A stretch of 6,022 nt of DNA from Octopus sinensis (taxonomy: Eukaryota). Location of the stretch: NCBI RefSeq assembly GCF_006345805.1, contig NW_021829718.1, positions 1 to 6,022 on the forward strand, read 5' to 3'. The notes beneath the pieces were generated by a model. It was not told where the DNA came from and did not search any database. It saw only the letters and a list, made by a program, of their open reading frames with translations. The first letter of the stretch is position 1; every line of letters begins with the position of its first letter. The translations under genes were made by a program, and so were the position numbers. Below are positions 1-6,022 of the stretch, one piece after another.

Positions 1-29
1 GCATGTGTGTATTAAGTAACTCATCTTAC

Positions 30-314
30 TCAAAGCTAGGGATTTCGTAACGTTTACCACATCAGAAATCATTTGCCCAACCAGTCACAAATGAGATGAA
101 TCTTTTTGATAAGAACAACGTCAATGTTAGTTACAGCTGTACTATAGCTGTCGGTAGTCTTTTTATGACTTGGGCAAATACAGGGAAATTTACTCATGCA
201 CTATTGAGCCAGCCGGCATCTCTTGTCTCTTGTCTGCCTGTCTGCTTGTCTGCCAGCCTGCTTGTCTGTCTGTTTGTCTGTATCCTCTATCTGTCTATTT
301 GATATCTGTCTACC

Positions 315-353
<39 letters not shown>

Positions 354-800
354 ATCGATCGATCGATCTCACTGCATGATAATTTCTACTGTTCATTAAA
401 TATATCAATACAGACCAAACCAGAAATACATGAATAGGCTCTGAAGGGCCAACAAAAGCAATATTCAAGAAAATAGATTTAATTTCTCTTCATAGGAGAT
501 CTATCCTATCAATAACAAATATTTAATCAAACCAATTGTTATTAAGCTAGCGTCCCAAATGACTAGCGTAACAAAGGAAAATTAAAAAACCCAATAAAGC
601 TGTATCAGCTTGTTCGATGGCAGATTAAGGAGACAGTTTCTTCAGCTACAAGATTTACGGATAAATTAAAAAGTAATGTCACAACTTTGTCAAGACATGT
701 ATGGAAATTGAAAGACCGATAAATGTGAACGAATGCTTGTCATCAACGTATAACACACAAATATACTACCACTCTGCATAAACAGTGAAAACAACATATG
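30..800 (+). mobile_element. Heavily decayed Penelope-like retroelement fragment (RT-EN linker plus C-terminal GIY-YIG endonuclease), interrupted by microsatellites at ~223-370
   Basis: Collinear degenerate motifs on +: NLFDKNNVNVSYSCT (99-143; cf. PLE 'KIFNRNTVKLSYSC'); FNFSS*EIYPINNKYLIKPIV (478-540; cf. 'CNCR.K..CPL.GKCL...IV', with Cys codons apparently mutated to TTT/TTC/TAT); CISLFDGRLRR (601-633; decayed YIG motif); TTLSRHVWKLKD (681-716; cf. 'T.LS.HIW.LKD'); LCINSE (772-789; cf. 'LCL.EK'). Stops and frameshifts lie between motifs. Consensus comparisons are from memory; boundaries are approximate. Confidence 0.7.
223..370. repeat. Compound microsatellite: degenerate (CTGT/CTGC)n, (CT)16 at 318-349, (ATCG)3 at 354-365
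   Basis: Read directly from the sequence. Confidence 0.9.
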
Positions 801-824
801 AGATAGGTACAATGTGGTAGTTCA

Positions 825-950
825 AGCAGCTAAAAATAGCAGCCTAATCTTCCTAAAATCCCAAACCCATCGCCTCAAAAATACGGAAGGACATGTTGGA
901 TAAGGTATAATCCGAGTTTAGGATTAAATCATATAATACTGCCTGAAAAT
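825..950 (+). mobile_element. Diverged fragment of a short interspersed repeat, related to the element at ~4530-4690
   Basis: 829-860 gctaaaaatagcagcctaatcttcctaaaatc aligns without gaps to 4547-4578 gctggcaatagcagctaaatattcttcaaatc at 24/32 identity. The downstream ggaaggacatgttggataa resembles an Octopus repeat I recall (unverified). Confidence 0.5.
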
Positions 951-1020
951 AATTAGGATATTTGAAGAATATTTGGAGCTAATTACTGGAAGGTTGAGTG
1001 AAAAATTTCCGGTCACTTAC

Positions 1021-1077
1021 CAGAAATGTAGTTTTGTTGTTCTTTAAACTACAACTGTCCCTTATTAAAAAACCTAT
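1021..1077 (-). CDS. Candidate 57-nt internal exon (phase 0/0), IGFLIRDSCSLKNNKTTFL; host gene unknown
   Basis: Minus strand reads ...acttttgagttcttttatatcAG|ataggttttttaataagggacagttgtagtttaaagaacaacaaaactacatttctg|GTAAGTgacc. It has a pyrimidine-rich acceptor, a consensus GTAAGT donor, a length divisible by 3, and only frame 0 is open. It lies in a non-repetitive island. No homology recognised. Confidence 0.3.
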
Positions 1078-1282
1078 CTGATATAAAAGAACTCAAAAGT
1101 TGACTAGACATGAGATTTTATACTTTTTAATCATACTTAATGTATCTCGTTTGCTCTACAGATAATAAGAAATATATCTGCACAAACACAAATCGTTTTC
1201 GGAAACAATTAATGTTTCGTCTTACAATTTTTCTTATATCTCCATTAACACTTGAAAGTGTAAAAGTTTAGGAATAATTTCA

Positions 1283-1350
1283 TTTATTACTTTCTTCCTC
1301 ACTCTTCATTTCTCTTTTTACCATCTCCTTATTTCACTCTCTTTCTTTGT
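1283..1350. repeat. Pyrimidine-rich low-complexity tract
   Basis: Mostly C/T on the + strand. Confidence 0.6.
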
Positions 1351-1451
1351 CCAATATTTACCATTATTTTATCCCACCTCGTTCATTCCTATTTCTTTCA
1401 CAATAAAAAACAAATCTTCAAACCATTGCAATATACGTTTGCAACCAATGA

Positions 1452-1580
1452 CATGCATACTTATACAACAACACACACACTTCACTGATACATATTCACA
1501 CATATACACATACATCAATATACATCGATCTATATGTACGTATAGACACATGTATATTTATATAAACATACACTAATATA
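1452..1580. repeat. Degenerate (CA)/(TA)/(CATA) low-complexity tract
   Basis: Read directly from the sequence. Confidence 0.75.
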
Positions 1581-1585
1581 GAAAC

Positions 1586-1657
<72 letters not shown>
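1586..1657. repeat. Perfect (ATCT)18 microsatellite
   Basis: 72 nt of uninterrupted ATCT units. Confidence 0.97.
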
Positions 1658-1658
<1 letters not shown>

Positions 1659-1674
1659 CCTGCCTATCTATCTA

Positions 1675-1822
1675 CATATATAATATAATATAAAATAAAA
1701 ACATATAGACATATTTATCTATATCTAATAATCATTCTATCTGTACGTATATATACCTATGTATAAGCTTGTGTACATGTATATAATATATATCTATATA
1801 TATATAATATATATATATCTAT

Positions 1823-1856
<34 letters not shown>

Positions 1857-2260
1857 TATACATACATATGTATGTATATATATAGATGTGCGCATGTATA
1901 TATATAAACTATAAACAGTAATATAATATAAAATGTATATGATATATATGTGTATATATATATATCATATATATATTGTTATATATATATATATAATATA
2001 GATAGATAGATAGATAAATATATGTAAATATAAATATATATGTATACATAGATATACGTGTGTATACACACATATATATACACATATGTATACACACACG
2101 TGTGTGTATGAGTATATATACATATATTGGTACACATTCCTCTCTCTTTCTCACAGACAGTCTATGTCCATGCGTGTGTGTATATATATGTGTGTGTTTG
2201 TGTGTGTGAATGATTGTGTGCGTGTTACACTTGCATGTGGGTGAGTATGTGTGAATGTAC
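1675..2260. repeat. Long degenerate (TA)n/(TACA)n tract including (TA)13 at 1823-1848, grading into (TG)n at ~2170-2260
   Basis: Read directly from the sequence. Confidence 0.9.
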
Positions 2261-2530
2261 GCTTAAGTCTCAAATTCGTCTCTAATCTTGTAATGGAAAA
2301 TATTACATTCGATTATTTTTATTTATTTATTCTTTCTCCCATAGATATTTATATTATATATTTTTTTTATTAATCATATCTTTAAAACCTTTTGGCAGAT
2401 CTTTCATAATATCTCATGGTTGGAATTACTGTGTTTAAGAAGCAACATCGATAATATGATAGGTCACACGGGAACGAAAATCACTTTAAAAATGTAGGAA
2501 AGATGAAATTAGGTGTATATAGACATTGCT

Positions 2531-2736
2531 TATGTATGTATGTATGTATGTATGTATGTATGTATGTATGTATGTATGTATGTAGTATGTATGTATGTAT
2601 GTATGTATGTATGTATGTTTGCGTGAGTGTATGTATGAATGTATGTATGTATGTCTGTGTGTATGTATGTATGTATGTATGTATGTATGTATGTATGTAT
2701 GTATGTATGTGTGTGTATGTATGTATGTATATATGT
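2531..2736. repeat. (TATG)n array, block 1
   Basis: Mostly perfect TATG units with a few interruptions. Confidence 0.97.
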
Positions 2737-2744
2737 GGGTACAA

Positions 2745-2860
2745 GTGTGTCATCATTCAGATTTATTTCAAGGTTTCTTGCCAAATAGAGAAAGAGCTGG
2801 TTTCTAACCTAGATCCAAGATTCCTTCATTGGAATTTTAACAGCAACAACAAAGTACTTT
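2745..2860 (-). mobile_element. Isolated 3'-terminal ~112 bp of the LINE at 2983-3334
   Basis: 2745-2856 aligns to 2983-3092 with 8 substitutions and two 1-nt indels (manual alignment). Same orientation; flanked by (TATG)n on both sides. Confidence 0.75.
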
Positions 2861-2928
2861 TGTATGTATGTATGTATGTATGTATGTATGTATGTATGTA
2901 TGTATGTATGTATGTATGAATTATGTAA

Positions 2929-2959
<31 letters not shown>

Positions 2960-2982
2960 TGTATGTATGTATGTATGTATGT
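2861..2982. repeat. (TATG)n array, block 2
   Basis: TATG units with one interruption at ~2918-2930. Confidence 0.97.
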
Positions 2983-3334
2983 GTGTGTCATTATTCAGTT
3001 TTATTTCAAGGTTTCTTCCAATAGAGAAAGGGCCGGTTTCTAACCTAGATCCAAGTCTCCTTCATTGGAATTTCAACATCAACAACAAAGTATTTCTTAT
3101 GTATATATATGTATGCATGTATGCACGTATGTATGTACGCATATATGTATGTATGTGTGCAGATTTGTATGTTTTGTTTTATATATGTATTCTCATGCAT
3201 ATGGTTGCATATCTAAACATGCTCATATATATTTAAATGATAAACTTCTGGAAAGTTTTGCAGATTTTTACAGTTCCAGTGATGGATTGGTGTTTTCGAA
3301 TTAGCTTTCTCATTTCTGGCTTTGAGAAATCTAA
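2983..3334 (-). mobile_element. 5'-truncated non-LTR retrotransposon 3' end, probably R4/Dong clade (ORF C-terminus, stop, ~250-nt 3' UTR, then (CATA)n)
   Basis: Minus strand 3334-3233 reads LDFSKPEMRKLIRKHQSITGTVKICKTFQKFII*. QSITGTVKICKTF resembles the terminal 'Q...L.GT..I....L' segment I recall from R4/Dong RLE-type ORFs. The putative UTR runs directly into (CATA)n. The clade call rests on 33 aa and memory. Confidence 0.6.
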
Positions 3335-3339
3335 ATGTA

Positions 3340-3549
3340 CGTGTGTATGTATGTATGTATGTATGTATGTATGTATGTATGTATGTATGTATGTATGTAT
3401 GTATGTATGTATGTATGTATGTATGTATGTATGTACGTGTGTACGTACGTACGTATGTATGTATGTATGTATGTATGTATGTATGTATGTATGTATGTAT
3501 GTATGTATGTATGTATGTATTTATGTATGTATGTATGTATGTATGTATG
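3340..3549. repeat. (TATG)n array, block 3: about 22 perfect units at 3345-3432, a short (TACG)n variant, then more TATG
   Basis: Read directly from the sequence. Confidence 0.97.
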
Positions 3550-4205
3550 GAAGAATATTTACTTTTTCTGTTTTTGAAATTTAGGGTTAATTTCGACCGA
3601 ATTGATGCTAAACAGAGTATTTTTGATACTAATGTCTATATATGTGTGGATAATGACGTATAATTTTCCTTGCAAAAAGTGCGTGTGTGTTGGTAGTAAC
3701 GTGTCTTGAACTGCTTTGCAGTACATCCTATATATGTAGATACAGTAGTTGGTGTTGTGTTCGTGGTTATACGGTATTTATTGAGAAGCAGTTTCTTGTA
3801 GAGGACAAGATGTATGTGTTCTACAACTGCAATTGATATTACATGTATGGTTTGAGTTTCCGCCTCCAAGAAATTTTTGCTGGCTGTAATTAGCTGAAGA
3901 TTTTCATAGTTGTTCGTAGTAAGTATGACAATTTTACGTTGAGTTTGTTTATTAGTTTGTAGTACTTGTGGTTGGGGTAGAAGTGTTTCTTGTAGTATTT
4001 TGAAAGATATTTTAACTATTGGTGTGGAGGCTTGTATGCTGAAGGTCGGATTAACCAGAATAGTTTTCTTTTTTCTGTTCTTACATATTTTTTTACTGTG
4101 AGATTATTTGTATATTGAACTCTTCCTTCTAACCACTGTTATTCAGTGCTTCGTTATATGGAGTTGGTATTTCGTTTAGTATTGACGGACAGCATAGACA
4201 AAGTA
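3550..4205 (-). mobile_element. Decayed Penelope-like retroelement fragment: RT C-terminus, linker with CxCx5C motif, GIY-YIG endonuclease
   Basis: Collinear motifs on -: PYNEALNNSG* (~4161-4129; cf. 'Y..AL..SGY'); TILVNPTFS (cf. 'IIWFNPPFS'); KHFYPNHKYYKLINKLNVKLSY (3988-3923); CSCRTHTSCPLQ then NC after a frameshift (3831-3788); TYIGCTAKQFKTRYYQHTRTFCKENYTSLSTHI* (YIG at 3734-3726); then ILCLA. Several frameshifts and stops. Confidence 0.88.
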
Positions 4206-4210
4206 AGCAT

Positions 4211-4223
4211 ATACATACATACA

Positions 4224-4292
<69 letters not shown>
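4211..4292. repeat. Perfect compound microsatellite (ATAC)10(AT)10(GT)11
   Basis: 4211-4250, 4251-4270 and 4271-4292, counted directly. Confidence 0.97.
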
Positions 4293-4502
4293 ATGTATCA
4301 ATGTTTGACTGACTGTTTCTGTGTGTTTCCACACGCCGTTTGTAAACCGATGCTGGTTTGTTTACGTCTACATAAACCAACGTTTCGGCAAGAGACCGTT
4401 AGAGTAAGTATCAGGCTTAAAAAATATATACTGGGATCGATTTCTGTGGCTAAACCCTTAAAGATGGTCCCTCAAGGGCCGCAGTCCGACTCACGAAAGA
4501 GT
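4293..4502 (+). mobile_element. 3' half of an Octopus-type SINE (5' tRNA-related head absent; family name uncertain)
   Basis: Ordered blocks aaccgatgctggtttgtttacgtc, ttcggcaagagaccgttagagtaagtatcaggctt, ctgggatcgattt and ggccgcagtc resemble the 3' half of an abundant Octopus SINE as I recall it, downstream of its internal (TA)n(TG)n tract. No database search was run. Confidence 0.6.
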
Positions 4503-4529
4503 TTGCGTAAACATGGTTTAGATTCTAAA

Positions 4530-4783
4530 TCATCGTTGCTCGATCTGCTGGCAATAGCAGCTAAATATTCTTCAAATCTTTATCATCTTTCAAAAAAGAA
4601 AGAGCTCGTTATTATTGAGGATCTAGGTACGCGTGCAGATGAGACAAATGGGTGAGAGTCATGACTGGAATGTCTTCTAAACAAGGAAAGAACGACGAAA
4701 ACAACAACAGCAACAAGAACAACAACAGCAACAGCAACAACAACAACAACAACCAACAACAACAACAAGAATAACAACAACAA
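4530..4783 (+). mobile_element. Diverged short retroposon fragment with an (AAC)n 3' tail (tail 4700-4783)
   Basis: Shares 24/32 nt with 829-860 in this window. gtcatgactggaatgtctt and ctaaacaa followed by (AAC)n resemble a recalled Octopus repeat that ends in (AAC)n. The degenerate (AAC)n tract is seen directly. Confidence 0.5.
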
Positions 4784-4836
4784 GACAGAGAGTCGTTGTA
4801 CAGTAATAAGCAATATCGAATACTCCGATAAGAAAG
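4782..4836. repeat. 55-bp module, copy A (direct repeat of 5283-5335)
   Basis: aagacagagagtcgttgtacagtaataagcaatatcgaatactccgataagaaag; 48/53 aligned positions identical to copy B, plus a 2-nt indel. Confidence 0.92.
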
Positions 4837-4837
4837 A

Positions 4838-5240
4838 TGTGTGTGTGTGTGTCTTGTGTGTGTGTTGTGTGTGTATGTGTGTTTGTGTGTTTGTGTATAT
4901 TGTGTGTGTATGTGTGTATGTGTGGTGTTTATGCGTGTGTTTGAGTGTGTGTGTGTGTGTGTATGTGTGCGTTTGTGTATGTGCGTGTGCGTTGTGTATA
5001 TGTGTGTGTTTGTTCTGTGTGTGTTATGTGTGTATGTGTGTTTGTGTGTATGTGTGCTGTGTGTGTGTTTGTATGTATGTATCTCTATTTGTGTGTGTAT
5101 GTGTGCGATTGTGTATGTGTGTGTGTTGTACAAATGTGTGTGTTTGTGTGTATTTGTGTGTATGTGTATGTGTTGTGTGTGTCTGTGTGTCTGTGTGTGT
5201 GTGCGTTCGTATATGTGTGAGTGTGTGTGTGTGTGTGTGC
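4838..5240. repeat. ~400-bp cryptic (TG)n tract
   Basis: Degenerate TG repeat with scattered T/A/C interruptions. Confidence 0.93.
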
Positions 5241-5246
5241 ACACAC

Positions 5247-5335
5247 AACAAGAGTAACAACAACCACAACCATAACAACAACAAGACAGAGTCGCTGTAC
5301 ATTAATAAGTGATATCGAATACACCGATAAGAAAG
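5247..5335. repeat. Degenerate (AAC)n (5247-5284) plus 53-bp module, copy B (5283-5335)
   Basis: aagacagagtcgctgtacattaataagtgatatcgaatacaccgataagaaag; preceded by (AAC)n and followed by a TG-rich tract, as copy A is. Confidence 0.92.
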
Positions 5336-5344
5336 CTAGAAAGG

Positions 5345-5463
5345 TGTGTGTTGTGTGTGTGTACGTGCATATATGTATGGCTTTATATGTGTATGTATGC
5401 ATGCCTGTGTGTATGTGTGTGAGAACATGCATATATGTATGAGTGTGTACGTGTGTGTGCGAG
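5345..5463. repeat. Degenerate (TG)/(TATG) tract
   Basis: Read directly from the sequence. Confidence 0.85.
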
Positions 5464-5714
5464 CGTAATTTTTGCATCAAATCGTTGAAACAACATAATT
5501 GTTATTTAAAACAGTGACAACAGCAGAAGAACAATTAAAAAAGTAAAAAAATATGGTTAATTAGTAGTTAAGATGTTCGATGATAATTTATTGGTAGAAG
5601 AATTGGTATTTGGAATGAAGAACAAAGAATCGCGTCTACTCGTAACGTTTTGCCTCCAGAGTATTCTGTGATTCCATTAGTATATAATTTAAAATTTAAA
5701 GCAATGTTCAATAT

Positions 5715-5876
5715 GTACACAAAAGTATGTACACACATACAAACAAACACACATGTATATACATATATACATGAACACATATATATATATATATATATAT
5801 GTGTGTATGTGTTTGGGGGGTGGGTGGGAGTGCGTGTCTCTTATGGTATCTATGTAAATACGTATGTACATATATA

Positions 5877-5917
<41 letters not shown>

Positions 5918-5977
5918 GTATGTATGTATGTGTATGTGTGTGTTTATGAATATATACATTTGTAGATCTCTCCCTCC

Positions 5978-6015
<38 letters not shown>

Positions 6016-6022
6016 CTATATC
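5715..6022. repeat. Mixed (CA)/(TA)/(TATG)/(CT) microsatellite cluster running to the window edge
   Basis: Includes (TA) runs at ~5778-5800 and ~5880-5906, (CT) at ~5978-5997 and terminal (TA). Confidence 0.92.

Noticed and set aside
1141-1270. Plus-strand acceptor-like tttgctctacag followed by a short open frame
   Set aside because: No good donor before the stop; the minus-strand exon at 1021-1077 is better supported.
2325-2500. Plus-strand splice-acceptor-like sites (ttctttctcccatag, ccttttggcag) followed by a short frame IFHNISWLELLCLRSNIDNMIG
   Set aside because: No convincing donor and no recognisable homology; pyrimidine-AG motifs are common in AT-rich DNA.
3028-3072. Hammerhead-like layout in the duplicated module (minus strand ccaatga...agaaaccgg)
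   Set aside because: The core reads CCAAUGA rather than CUGAUGA, I could not pair stem I convincingly, and it sits in a putative LINE 3' UTR rather than a PLE pseudo-LTR. An Infernal search with hammerhead models would settle it.
2745-3100. CRISPR-like reading of repeated units separated by spacers
   Set aside because: Only two ~112-bp copies separated by microsatellite, in eukaryotic repeat DNA with no cas genes.
3581-3586. Single TTAGGG near the PLE end
   Set aside because: One hexamer is expected by chance; there is no telomeric array.
2481-3663. Long ORFs rich in MYVC / HTYI repeats
   Set aside because: They are translations of (TATG)n, which lacks stop codons in several frames.
4403-4410. 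Consensus donor GTAAGT on +
   Set aside because: It lies within the SINE-derived sequence, with no upstream exon evident.
5232-5247. 16-bp palindrome tgtgtgtgcacacaca
   Set aside because: A trivial result of (TG)n meeting (CA)n.
4583-5480. Cys/Val-rich, His/Thr-rich and poly-Leu/Val ORFs of up to 210 aa
   Set aside because: They are translations of (TG)n and (AAC)n tracts with no non-repetitive coding signal.
5587-5715. Protein-like open frame FIGRRIGIWNEEQRIASTRNVLPPEYSVIPL on +, with an overlapping minus frame
   Set aside because: No matched splice-site pair or start context and no recognised homology.
5815-5830. G-rich run ggggggtgggtgggag as a G-quadruplex
   Set aside because: Only three separate G-tracts, so it is not a canonical four-tract motif.

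Overview
AT-rich eukaryotic non-coding DNA, roughly half microsatellite (TATG/CATA, ATCT, TA, TG, AAC, CT), with decayed retroelement fragments in between. No intact protein-coding gene is present. The long ORFs in the track (MYVC.., HTYI.., VCVC..) are translations of simple repeats. Hand translation supports two decayed Penelope-like (GIY-YIG) retroelement fragments (+ ~30-800; - ~3550-4205), and the 3' end of a probable R4/Dong-type LINE (- 2983-3334) with a second copy of its last ~112 bp (2745-2860), both inside a (TATG)n array. There is also the 3' half of a SINE, two diverged copies of another short interspersed repeat, a duplicated 55-bp module, and one candidate 57-nt exon on the minus strand (1021-1077). 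The repeat set resembles what I recall of Octopus genomes; this is inference from memory, not a database result. I see no clear new biological system. The best leads are a LINE that may target (TACA)n, the clustering of retroelements at microsatellites, and the candidate exon.
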